From Glycera tridactyla (taxonomy: Eukaryota): a DNA stretch of 64,000 nucleotides. The notes beneath the pieces are model-generated. The model was not told where the DNA came from and did no database searches. It was given only the letters and a program-made list of their open reading frames with translations. The stretch is from contig OZ286463.1 of assembly GCA_965644265.1 (NCBI GenBank), positions 104,408,001 to 104,472,000 on the forward strand, in the 5' to 3' direction. Positions 52,378 through 64,000 of the stretch are shown here, piece by piece. How positions within the stretch are numbered: the stretch's first letter is position 1; each line of letters starts with the position of its first letter. Made by a program: the position numbers and the translations under genes.

Positions 52378-52554
52378 GAAAATGTTGAGCTTTTAGGTCC
52401 ACTTTCTGCACTTGAGTAGGCTAAATCAGACCACCTGCCAAGGAGGAGCGAAGATGATGGGTGAAACATTCCTGCATGGTAGGACTGGGGATTGAACCCC
52501 GGACCCATTGCACGCCGGCCCAGCATGCTACCACTGAGCCAACTAGGCAGGCTC
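52378..52554 (-). mobile_element. tRNA-derived SINE, ~180 bp
   Basis: The minus strand reads GCCTGCCTAGTTGGCTCAGTGGTAGC (A box TGGCTCAGTGG) and GGGTTCAATCCC (B box) at tRNA-like spacing. It continues into a non-tRNA body ending GGACCTAAAAGCTCAACATTTT, and no acceptor-stem closure is evident. Confidence 0.72.
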
Positions 52555-52826
52555 ATCAAGAGAGCAGAGCCTCTGCTACTTTCGAGCCTCTGCTGCTTTC
52601 TATTGCAGAAATCGTGGAGTTAGGATTGAATGAATAGAGTGAGTGATAGTGGGAGACAGACGGATAGGTGGTGGACAGACAGCGAGGAACAACGGAGCAA
52701 AAAACAACACTGAAAACGGAATTGGAGTATTGAAAACGCTAGACCGGGAGGTTTGCCCTAGTGCTGAAACCTACTCCTGATTGAGTGTAGCCAAAACACT
52801 GTCAATGGCGTCTGGAAAACGCCAGA

Positions 52827-52958
52827 CTGGGAGTATTGAAAACGCTGGCTGGGAGTATTGAAAACACTGGCTGGGAGTATTGAAAACGCTGGCTGGGAGT
52901 ATTGAAAACGCCGGCTGGGAGTATTGAAAACGCTGGCTGGGAATATTGAAAATGCTGG
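52827..52958 (+). repeat. 22-bp tandem repeat x6 (subterminal repeats of the CACTA-like element)
   Basis: CTGGGAGTATTGAAAACGCTGG at 52827, 52849, 52871, 52893, 52915, 52937. Confidence 0.95.
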
Positions 52959-53356
52959 TGGGGGGGGGGGGGGGGTACAGGCAACCCACTTATTGGCGTG
53001 TCGTGTTCAACCTCCGGAGTGCAGATTACCCAGATCTAGTGTCCCTAGGGATGATGGATATAATATCTGATTTCTCTGTATTGAAAGGCTTATTCATTCA
53101 CACAGAAATTCAAGCAGTTGTTCTCTCTATATTCTTGTTGGGTGCTGTTGATAAGGAACAGGAAATGACAGATAGCAATAACAACAAGTTTGAGAATTAC
53201 AGTGGTATCATGACCGTTTTCCTAGGTTTGTTGTCATTTTTATTTGATTGTTGGTCCATTCATCCAGTTCTCACCTGAAACCAGAAAAAAAATCCTCATT
53301 ATTACATGTTTGAGAATCACAGTGGTATCACACTATATGAGACATATTGAAAATGA

Positions 53357-53546
53357 ATACATACATAAATACATACTGGAATACATAAATACATACATAA
53401 ATACATACATAGATACATACATAAATACATACATAAATACATACAGACACCAGATTGGGACAAGTCCAATCGTTGATGTTTTACATAGTTGAAACAGCTG
53501 TATCACATGTTTGAGAATCACAGTGAGTCAAACATATATTCATCCA

Positions 53547-53588
<42 letters not shown>

Positions 53589-53628
53589 CATATATATATA
53601 TGTATGTATGTATATGTATATGTATATA
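53357..53628. repeat. (ATAC)n (53357-53444) and (AT)n (53546-53628) microsatellites
   Basis: Direct reading of the sequence. Confidence 0.9.
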
Positions 53629-56600
53629 TTCACCTTCAGTGATGCAAGCAGTGGTTATGGCTAGGAGATGACAGTGGTGGTGATTTTCTTTGTCTTGTCA
53701 ATAAGAAGAGATGTGTACAGCCAGATGACTGCATCCTATGTGGTGGGGTAGCACTGCTGCTGATTTGGCCCATGGTTAGGGCATAGGTCCCCTAAGGAAC
53801 CTCGTGGTGGGGTAGGATTGACTGTGCTCTCAGAGGGGGGGGGGGGAGGGGATTAGCATGGAGGGTCAAGGTGTCATGTTACACTGAGCTGGAGTTTCCA
53901 AAACTCTGGGTGGAGTTCAGAGATGGGAACGCTGGGTGGTGAGTACTGGGCACTCTGTGTCAGTGTTCTGAAAACGCTGAGCCAGTGTTTGGCATGCTGA
54001 ACGCCAATACTCCAGATTCGTTTTCAGTGAAGACACAGAGGGACAGGCAAATGGACAGACAGCAAAACAAAAGCAGACAGACAACAGAAGGCAGACATGC
54101 AAATAATAGGAAGACACACAATCAGAAAGACAGAATGACAGGCAGGCGGACAGTCAAACAGACAGAGACCGACAGATATGCGATGAAGAAGAATAGGATA
54201 CGGCGAGGGAGAGTGGGCAGGGGCTGTTAAGAGATGGCAGTTGATAGGAAGAGGAAACTTTAGAAAAGAGAAGGAGGGGCAATCAGAAGATATCGGGTAG
54301 GCAAGGCACTGCAGCCCCTTCTTGTGGTAAAATTACTAATACTCGTTGTACTTGTCACTGTCGAGTGAACCAGCTTGGAATCGAATGGTAGAGTTCACAG
54401 GCAATACCTAAAGAGCCATGGATGAACATACTTGAGAAGGAATCAATGACTATACAATGAGACAATGAGAGAAACAGGTATTACATCACGACGGGTCATC
54501 ATGGTGTATCCCACTATGCGATCACTTCAGCGCAATCATCCGCTTCTGTGACACTATCAGGAGGTCAGTGAAATATGCTTGCCGAAGTTATTGAAGATAT
54601 TACTTCGTCATTTTCACACATATGACAGGAGACAACAGTGATGATCGACCACCGAGAGAATTCTTCTCAATTCAGCAATGATATATTCCAAAAATCTCAG
54701 GATCAAGTTGTCTATGGAGACATTGCGATGATTGTCTGAACTGCTGGCATGCCAAGTCCTCTGGAAACATTCCAGTCTGACTATTAGAACAAAGGGCACT
54801 CCGAGAGGTGACCGTTGTCTCTTTTAATGCGTTGATCGAACCGTATATAGAACCACCTGTCTACAGAAACCAGCTTCATGATACGATCAAGGGTGATATT
54901 CGTAACAAATTGAATCATAAGTGAATGTATTGTGGTTTTTGCCTGAGTCATATATTGTAAATGATGATAACTCTTTTTGCTGCTTGTCCCTGTTCATGTA
55001 TTTTTTTTCAGAGATGAGAGATCTTTGGTATCCCATGCCGAATGTTTTACGATGCACGGGTCAGTTGTTGCATGCTTAGAGTTATGAGAGAAATTCAACT
55101 CTTTTGAGTCTGTTAGAATGCTGATATATTTTGATTCCCTGGGGGAGTTTCTTCTCATATTACCTTCTCATATTAGTCACTCATATTCATGTTGCGATAC
55201 ATGTATTTAACATAGAATAGAAGTATCAAGTTCTGACAGGAACTCCGCGAATCCAGTCCAGCTGGACTTCTTTTGTGATCTATTGCCAGGGTGTTTCTTT
55301 ATCAAGCCTTGGTTTGTGGAGGGATGACGGTTTGATCAGTATTCAAAGCATTTGACGCCGAGAGGATGTCTTTGTATTCTCGCGGCGAGACCGGCCTTGG
55401 CGCAAGATTTAGTCTGCATCAACTCGGAGATTGTTGTTGTCTTCAGACAGCATATATAACGAACCCACCAATCGCATTAGTAGAAACTAAAACACATCAG
55501 GATGACAGCGAATCTATCGCAACGTCAAGATCATCATCATTGGGTGGGGTATACATGCCGAGCTGGAGTATATGATTGTCTCAGTAGTATCAGGAGATCC
55601 GGCACTGCAGTTGAATAAATAATCATTATGATACTAGCTCTAGCAATGCTTCCACAATCAACGATTTGGTTCTACTAGGGGAGAAGGAGACATTTTTGAA
55701 CAAGCTTCCTCGCACGTTCATGATGCGCGTTCACGTGACTTCGTGTGGGTTCGAGACGCAAGATGAACATTTCTGAAATTATCATCTTCTATGGTGGACC
55801 TAGTATGAGGATTCTCAAATTACTCCCAGCCCTCCCTACGTACGTGCTTTCCAATATAGCCCAGATAATGGTCATGGAATGAGGAAGATAGAGCAAACCA
55901 ACTATTCAAATCTATCATTGTGTAATCCTTCCAATATGACAATGGAATAAAACCAGTCATCCGACAGGCTTGTAGGAGTATTCCCTCCTCTTCCTTAAGA
56001 TGCAACCTTGGCAAGAAGTTTATATCTGATTAAATCCCCATTATCAAGAACAGCAGGAAGCAATGTTTCAGACGAACAGGGCTTTTGTCCCATTTATCCC
56101 AATATCAAAATAAATGGCATTGCTCCTGTGGATCGATGTTCACAAAAATATACGTTGTACTAAAAGATGTTATAAGCGTGATCAGTATTACATGTTGAAT
56201 CCCATTGTTTGCCAAGCTCTAATGAAATCATAAATCTATAAAGTCATCTCAATTCTCACACAAGGAACTCAAATGTTGGTTCAAAAGTATAAGAGACACA
56301 TAAATAGAGTTGTAGATACATATTTTAATTTGTATAATGCTCACATAATTGAATGTAAATGACAGATCATAAATTGAATGAAACAATATTGAATATCACA
56401 GTATCAGGTAGACAAAAAGTCAGTTATACTCATAATTCAATAAATAAATTCAATTAGAATATTCAGATCTGAACCAGATAACACGTATGACAAGTATGGA
56501 TGAACTCATAATACATAAATACCAGTGAATATCAGAATAGGACAACTCATGATATACAAGTACACGGGTTATTCATGATTGAACGACAAAGTGAGGTACC

Positions 56601-59254
56601 TCATTGCATAACACAATTACAACCCCCAAAGAGTCAGGTGTTTGAGCTCAAACCTTACTAAATGTGATATCTATTTTCTTGCTCCATCGTTGACTTGGGC
56701 GCTTGTCAAGTGGCCACTGTAGCTAGCTGGAAAGAAAACAAAGTCAAAGACACTGTGTCTAGATAGTTAGTGCACACTTGGTATATAACTTGAAAGTTTG
56801 GGTTAAAGACCCACGATGAAGGATCAACTTTAAAAGTTAATATAATGGTGGCCACCTAGTTGCACGTGTGAAGATGAACCATTGTTATAAATTCCATGTT
56901 CGGCTAGTATATGATAGCAGCGAATACTAGAACGCGTATCGTAGATGGAAGCAAGAGTAAAGAGGAGTCATCATTCCTCTCGAGAAACGTATCTTATCTC
57001 ATAAAGATGTACGATCGAATCTCACCGTATGAAGTGACTATTTCCCAGTAGGTCACGGGACTTAGGGACATTACACAAGACTAAGCAAGCTTAGGACGGG
57101 TCCGTGCTTAGGATACATGGCGCTTAGGACAGAAATCAAGCTTATCGGATTGGACCTTCTCCGAAAAAGTCTAAATTCAGGCCGGGCACATGAATCACAA
57201 GCAGGCACTACGTGTAAACAAACAAGCCTCGGTTTGTCATCTCCCCTACATGTCTATTACAAGTACGAGCACCAAAAACATTCCACCGGATCTTCAATTG
57301 ACAAATACGACAGTTGTGGTCATAGAAATTGAAATACCATCAAACTAGCATTTGATCATTTACAAACAAGCTTTTGCAAGCCGAAATAGATTCAGAAAAC
57401 TGAAATTGAAGCACATTTGATCGGTCGATTAATCGATTAATCGATCGGTTAACCGTCAAAGAATTCCAGATTTTCACACCATATGAACGACGTTAGATTA
57501 TTACCTTCTCAAAACAAGCCGTTTCAATGAAAATACGTTTTTCAATAAAGAATTTCACTCGGAAAAGAAAAGATTGACTGGATCTCTATTCATATGATCA
57601 GGGAAGCTAAAGAAAACAGATCAGCTGTGTGTGCTATTTACGAAACCAGCAGCAAAGTTCACCTCAGCGGTGACCTGGTTAGTACACATGACAGCGAGCT
57701 GCCATTGTCATACCGAGATAGACATGTTCATTTCAACTCAGCCCACATGGACTGGTAGAGTAGCCGGGTCTATAAACACACAGATTCAGAGAGAAAAGAC
57801 ACAGTCGTCTCTGCTGATATTCCAACTGAAAATGATCTTACAGAAATATTCTTTTCTCATACTTATTCCTATTGGGAAATCCCGTGAATATAATCGAATT
57901 TTGAATGATTCAATCACCTAATTCACACAGAAATCCGATATATTACTTAAATGATCAGAATCTGACCCGTAAGAGCTATATCGAGTTGTGTTAGCAGTTC
58001 ATACACACAGCTTCTCTCACCCGGAGGATTCAGTGAGTCCAAGCTTTAAATACAATTTTACAAATTCCTGCATAGCCCTGTTCCACCCATACTGGCGTAC
58101 TGGACCGGGAACAATACTGGAGGAACACGGCCTAGTTACACGCAGTTCCACTAGTTCCAAATTCACCGGAACAGCACAGGGAATCAACAGAAACAGATAG
58201 AACTACCGATATCCACGAGAATTATCAGCTAGTCGTTTGGATCAGGACGGCATTTATGGAATAAAATCCTATCATCCAAATTGATCCAAAAACATCCAAA
58301 ACATGCAAAATTTAGATTTTGACCACGTATGCTCGAAAGACGGTACATTCAATACAAAACACGGAAGATCCGATGACATGAAATGGCATGATACTAAAAA
58401 TGGCCATTGGGGAAAATATAGATATTGACTCCTAACAAAGCCTCCTAAAAAGATCCTAAAACAGTTTTAAATCTCATAAACACTCACTAGATGTTGTAGA
58501 GCTCAGAACGGTGTATCGGAGTCCATCATTTTAGTCCAAGGCAGCGATCCTGGAGAAGCAAGATGTTCTCTGCTCCCGACTCCGTCAGCTCCGGTGCGTA
58601 CTCTTCAGGACAGAATTTCCAAGTGCCAGAATTCCTGTCTGGAACACTTTTATGTAACTGTCCTGAAGAGCCAGCAAAGAGCGGGAAAAAGGAGCGGGAA
58701 GAGCGATGTCAAGCTCCCAAAGTCAGCCACCTCGAATGTATTCGCTCAAGACTTTCACAGATCGATTTCAGAAGATTTTCTGAGAAACCATGTACATTCC
58801 ATGTACATTACGGATCACTTTCCTCCTGCGCGACTCCGAGCTCCTTCTGCTCAGGGAGTCGTTCACTATACTGTGTGATCAACACTATCGGCAAAAATCC
58901 GTCCAATAAACGGCCTATACCTCAGACTAACAATTTTGCCTCAAAAGATACAATTCCCATCTTCGGGATATCTTTAGCCCTACTACAGATACGTATCGTG
59001 TAAAAATATGGTCTTCCTACGTCCATTATTCATGGAGATATTGCAATTTCACCGTTTCACCCTAGAAACACTGCAAGCTGGGCACCCACCGCGAACGGCG
59101 AGTCTACCGCGTGTAACTCGAACTCTAGTTGCCACACCAACAACCAGATAGGTGAAACAACTAATATTAGAAAATTAACAGGATCAATACTGTTTTTCAA
59201 CTAATAGAAGTGAAAATATCTCATGTTTCTGGAGTAGAAAGGAATTAATACCCA

Positions 59255-59430
59255 TCTAGTAGCGTAAAACTAGTGCCGCGGGCCTCAAAAGAGGAATTCT
59301 GCGAATTCCGCTACCAGAAATCCCTACATTGTTCATGTTATTCTAACAAACGTCAAGACATCAAAAACGTGGCGTTACAATTGTACAGTGACGACCATCG
59401 AATTGACGGCTCAGTTAATGCTGACGCGCG
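59255..59430 (+). mobile_element. Possible decayed CR1/L2 RT fragment
   Basis: SSVKLVPRAS (~V.SGVPQGS) followed by LHCSCYSN...DIKNVALQLYSDD (~LFLxYIND...LYADD). Confidence 0.28.
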
Positions 59431-60924
59431 ATCTACCCTTTATTCGATTTTATTTTCGTATGACACTCAAACTAATCCCTGTCATCATTCAGCGAATGTC
59501 TCTTGGGACAATATATCAGGATCTGACAGGAGGAGTGTCTGCCAGCGATAAGTTTCATTAGCTTACTCATGTGATAAATGACACGCCAAACTTCAGCAGC
59601 CATCCCCGAAAGGAAATGAACGATAATCAGAGGTTTGTATAATTGGTCTGTGTGAAAAACAAGCCATCGCCATCAATCTTGCTTCTTATTTACTGGATCC
59701 CATCTGGGATTTATAACGATCGTTCTGAACCAATAGCCAAAAATTGCGGCTTATGTCCTAATGACCAGTCAATTCTCCATAATGACATAAATTGCTATCT
59801 TTCATGACCTCTATCCGCTCACCATCGTGTCACTCTATTTTCTCGCCTTTTTCCTCGAACCTTTCCTCCGCTTTGTCTCATACACACCTAACTCTTTCCG
59901 CCATCTCCTACCCCTCCCTACTGTGTGCAGGCTCATATTCTGTTGTTTTGTCTACTTGTCTGTCTATCCATGCAACTGTCTTCCAGACTACTGCATTCTA
60001 TCTGTTTTCCCTCCCCGCTCTCTTACGCCTTTCCCCTCTCCACCTCATATCCTGCTCTGTCTCTTCTCTTGCTACAGTAATTGATCAATATTCATCGGAC
60101 CGTACTGAATATGGATGACATGAATAGATAGGGCAGGCTCGACTCCTCATGGTAGGGATGTAGCGAAGTGTGATTCAGTGGTGAAGATAGCTGAGTAGTA
60201 CAGCACGATTCCTGCGTCTAGATTAATCAGTCCATGGGTGAAGCGATGTAAAGTAAGAATGCTCATAAAATAATCGTGTTGCACACAGAGATGTGGGATA
60301 TGATAGCGTCATGCCCATCAGCACAGTATCATGTATCAAACATAGGTTTCATGTTTGATTGAATAATTTGACGCTCATCATGTTCAAACAATAGTGACGG
60401 GGCAACCTGAAACTGGTCCTGCTATTGATCGTCTTCAATTACGAACTGCCAACTTCAAACCAGTTTTACACTCATGGCTTGCCTTATGCTTGCAGTAAAA
60501 TGCAACCTAGTAAACCTAGTGGCAGCCCTAGTAACCCTGAACTGGTGTGCCTGGTACCCTCCTTTTGCATAGTGACAATATCTGCTACAGGCAAACCGTC
60601 CGCCACTTACACCCGAGACCATTCCACTGAAGAGATAAGAAAGATCTTAGAGGGAAAGTAAAGAGGTTAACAATAAAAAATCTAGTGATAGTACAATTTT
60701 GGTGGAAAATACCTGAAGATAGTTGATGGAGAATTTTGAAGGTTCATTTTCATTCAACTCCCCGCTCCAGAAAAATATTGAGAAGAAGAGGAGAAAAGGA
60801 AGGTGTTTGATAAGATTTCGCTTAGATGTACCTTCCAAACGATCCACAATTCTGATGAGCAAGTAAGGCAACTCCTTCTTAGTCAAGTTTGCTCTAAATC
60901 ATTCATTTCCCCGACTTGTTGAGA

Positions 60925-60993
60925 CCCCCCCCCCCAGGTTTGTTTAACTAACCTGGGGATCTATACTTACCATTTCTCCCTCAAATTTAGCAT
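60925..60993 (-). repeat. DIRS right terminus (end of the right ITR plus terminal extension) with a 9-bp hairpin
   Basis: CCCCAGGTT-TGTTTAACT-AACCTGGGG stem-loop next to a C11 run; mirrored in the ICR. Confidence 0.85.
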
Positions 60994-61195
60994 TCCCCAG
61001 GCCGATAGGCCTACGTGCGAACTTTATATAACAATATAAGAATTTCAATTAGGGGCCCTCCCAGACGCCTATAGTTCCGCTAGGTGTCAGGCGGGACTGT
61101 TGTCGTTGTCCCTTGACAACCGCTGTGTTTCTGTGTATTTTTCAACGAGCTTATATATCTCGCTCTACAGCGGGGACGGACGGGAGGGACCATCC

Positions 61196-61289
61196 ATTTG
61201 AGGGAGAAATGGTAAGTATAGATCCCCAGGTTAGTTAAACAAACCTGGGGGGGGATCCATCTGTACCATTTCTCCCTCAAATTTAGCAT
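61196..61289. other. DIRS internal complementary region (ICR)
   Basis: 61196-61254 is the reverse complement of the terminal 60928-60986. 61264-61289 is identical to 60968-60993 (TACCATTTCTCCCTCAAATTTAGCAT). Confidence 0.92.
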
Positions 61290-61534
61290 AGAATATGACA
61301 CGGATGGAGGGTGTAGAGCTCCATGTCTCTTAGGAAGGTTATATACCTCTAGAGGTAATACACTCAAACTTAAGTATTCACATATACTATTGAGATATAG
61401 AGAATTATGTAACTCCGTGTCTCTCGGGTATAATACCTCTAAAAGGTGACTAAAAACCAACCACCCTGAGTATTGAGATCCGCTAGAGTTTATGGCTATG
61501 TACACAATATCTACAGTCCATATCAAATTAGAAT

Positions 61535-62600
61535 TTAATCTCGTGGCTCTATTACAGATTGAGCAACAACTATTGGGCCAAGTGAATACAGATCTAACTC
61601 TTGGCCACACATGTCACGCAGATAAAATGTTGCAAAAGTATTGAATGACCTCCAAAAGGCCGCTCGCATCAGCTCATCAATCGAACAGGATTGATTAAAG
61701 GATTTCCACGAGGTAGCTATTGCTCTAACCTCGTGAGCTGACACGGAGCCGGGAAGTTCTTGTGCTCTTCCCATAGATTCGTATGACAATTTTACTATTT
61801 GTTGAATCCATGAAGATACTCTATCAATTCTAATCTCTCTGTTAGTTGCTCTACTGGGAGGAATAAAAAGACGTATCCTACCAGCACGAAACTGAGATAC
61901 ACGTTCCAAATAAATGCGTAATGCCCTAACTGGACATAGAGAAACATCCTGTTCAGCCCCAGACTGATCTTTTGCTGGTAATGCCGGAATTACCACCTGA
62001 GGACTTTTCTCTGCTGGTCTCTGATTATTGGCTAAGAAGCCTGGAACAGAGAAAATTCTGACCTCTGACTCATCAGCTGCAAACCTTACAGCATTTGGAG
62101 CCCCAGAAAAAGCATGTACCTCACTCCTGCATCTGCCCGAGGCCAGTGCCACATGAAAAACCGTTTTTCTTGTAAGATTTGATATTCCACAAGATTGTAA
62201 AGGTTCAAAATTCGTGCCCTTTGGAAAACTTAAAATGACAGAAAGATCCCACTGTGGAATTGGTTTCTGTGACACCGGCCTCTCAAGTTCCAGGTTATAC
62301 TGCAAAGATTTCAAGTCTTTACCATTCAATACCGAACAACCGGTATGAACAAAGACGGACTGTAAAGCATTGCGATATCCTTTTACAGTTGCTGGCAAAG
62401 ACCAGATTCAAAGAGTTCTATGAAGAACTCTGCCACTTCTGGTGCAGAGGGATTCTTACGATCCACCCCATGACTCCTGCACCAGAAGAACCATTTCTTT
62501 CATCTGCTATCATATATTGATGCGGAAGAGTCTCTGATGGACCGAGCGATCCGCTTGATTGCCTTTGCAGAATAACCCTTGTTTGAGAGGGCTCCCCGGA
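61535..62600 (-). pseudogene. DIRS tyrosine recombinase, disrupted
   Basis: LCPVRAL, SAHEVRAIATS, AAFWRS, NTFATFYLRD. The N-terminal SIRDSSASIYDSR*KKWFFWC has a TGA at 62500-62502. Box I reads ASGRCRSE, with Cys at the catalytic Arg position of GxRxxE. Confidence 0.95.
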
Positions 62601-64000
62601 CAGACACCAGGCGGTTAGCCCCATCAACTGGGGACGGAAGTGGTACACCTTCTTCCTCCCTACCCACTGGGTCATTAGAGACGTAGAGATTAGCAGTTCC
62701 AGGGGTTGATCGATTGATAGCTCTAAGAGATCCGGGAACCACGACTGATTCGGCCACCAAGGTGCTATGCAAATCAGTGTGATCCTCAGACCTCTCAGCT
62801 TGCTGAGGACCTCCTTCAGCATCGATGTTGGAGGATATACATATGCCACTCCGAATTTGCTCCAATCGGTTGATATTGCGTCTACTGCCCATGCTCTGAC
62901 ATCCGGAAACGGACTGATATAGAGGGGTAGTTTGGAGTTGGAAGGTGTTGCCATTAGATCTATCATAGGGGAGTGCTTGTATTTCGTCACTATTGTATTG
63001 AAGACCTCGGAATCGATTTCCCATTTGGTCTGAATGGGTTTCGCTCGAGAAAGAGCGTCTGCTACCACATTCCTTTTCCCTAGAATGTGGCGCAACTGAA
63101 TATAGAGGTTCAGCCTCTCCGCCTTCATGAATATCTGCCACGCCAGGCCGCACATCAGTGATGAGTGAGTGCCCCCCTGTTTGGGGAGATAAGAGACTGT
63201 CGTGGAGTTGTCCGACAGAACCAGTACTACTTGATCTCTCAGGAGACTCGAAAATTCTTCCAATGCTCTCAGAAGTGTTTCCAGTTCTGGAGCATTGATA
63301 GATCTCCCTCCGTGAGATACTGGCCATTCCCCTGCACACTCGCTGCGACTGTCTCCCACTGTCAGATGTGCCCCCCATCCTCTCAGGGATGCATCCGTCA
63401 TCAATGTTGCTGTGACCTGGCGTGGTTTTAGAGGAATGTCTGAATAGACGTTTGCTTCCTCTTGCCACCATCTCAGATTGTCTAAAACTTGAACTGGAAG
63501 GGTCAATAGAATTTTCAGGTCGTCTGAAAAGGGTTTCCACCTGGACAGAAAAAATAGTTGAACCGGTCGCATATGTAGCCGACCTACGTGAACGAGCTCC
63601 GCCATGCTCGACATGTGGCCGAGCAGGCGCAGAATGGCTCTGGCTGGTTGCCGAGGCCTTCATAGAAATACACGAATACAAAGATCCATTTTCTCCACTC
63701 TCTTCTTGGATGAACGAACTATCCCCAGAAGAGTGTCGAACTCAATCCCCAGATATAAAAACTGTTGACTGGGGATCAAGTCCGACTTTGCTAGATTTAT
63801 TATCCATCCCAGACTGGTGGTCAATTCGAGGACGTAATTGAGTTGTTGTTGGAGAATGTATGGATCTTGGTGCCTCAGCAACCAGTCGTCCAGGTAGAAG
63901 TGTATTTTGACACCTCTGTGATGTAGATGGTGCGCCACTTCCCTCAGTACCATGGTGAATACCCTGGGTGCTGAGGAAAGGCCAAAGGGAAGGGCGCGAA
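62418..64000 (-). pseudogene. DIRS RT-RNase H-methyltransferase-like ORF with one in-frame TGA (63660-63662)
   Basis: RALPFGLSSAPRVFT, FYLDDWLL (RT); TDASLRGWGAH, DNSTTVSY, HILGKRNVVADALSR (RNase H); IDLMAT...DAI...W...AYVYPP (MT-like). ORFs 63660-63953 and 62418-63614 share one frame. Confidence 0.95.

Larger units (their letters stand above)
52708..54029. mobile_element. Non-autonomous CACTA/EnSpm (CMC)-like DNA element, 1322 bp
   Basis: Imperfect 24-bp TIRs: CACTGAAAACGGAATTGGAGTATT at left and AATACTCCAGATTCGTTTTCAGTG at right. AA flanks both sides (candidate 2-bp TSD). Subterminal repeats share the TIR core. GACA-rich flanks are compositionally continuous across the element. Confidence 0.65.
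60925..64000 (-). mobile_element. DIRS1-like tyrosine-recombinase retrotransposon, 3' half; the 5' part lies beyond the window
   Basis: Overlapping RT/RNaseH/MT and YR frames, an ICR and a right terminal repeat, all in DIRS1 order. Confidence 0.96.

Noticed and set aside
13742-53846. Frequent G/C homopolymers of 10-20 nt (e.g. 13742, 16921, 18374, 36908, 52960, 53835)
   Set aside because: No shared flanks were evident; treated as ordinary low-complexity sequence.
63165-63841. Plus-strand ORFs 63165-63431 and 63422-63841
   Set aside because: Antisense to the doubly coding DIRS region, which suppresses stops; no motifs.

Overview
Repeat-rich nuclear DNA from an animal, probably a marine invertebrate (inference from element types). 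It has four N gaps next to microsatellites, and I found no intact multi-exon host gene. Clear elements: (1) the 3' half of a DIRS1-type tyrosine-recombinase retrotransposon on the minus strand (60925 to the window edge), with RT/RNaseH/MT, YR, ICR and right terminus; (2) a 5'-truncated L2/Crack-like LINE (30378-32345, minus) split inside RT by a ~460-bp repeat that recurs at 34030-34487; (3) a 22-unit ~123-bp tandem array plus 50-, 31- and 22-bp arrays; (4) a tRNA-derived SINE, a CACTA/EnSpm-like non-autonomous element and a tiny Tc1/mariner-type MITE; (5) several heavily decayed LINE relics. The most unusual region is 2240-6074. It is a nearly intact plus-strand cassette encoding a LINE-ORF1-like protein (coiled coil + RRM + CTD + RG tail) followed by an SGNH hydrolase with all catalytic motifs. 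No RT/endonuclease is attached, and in-frame splice signals could fuse the two parts into one ~1050-aa protein. All alignments were done by eye; no database searches were run.
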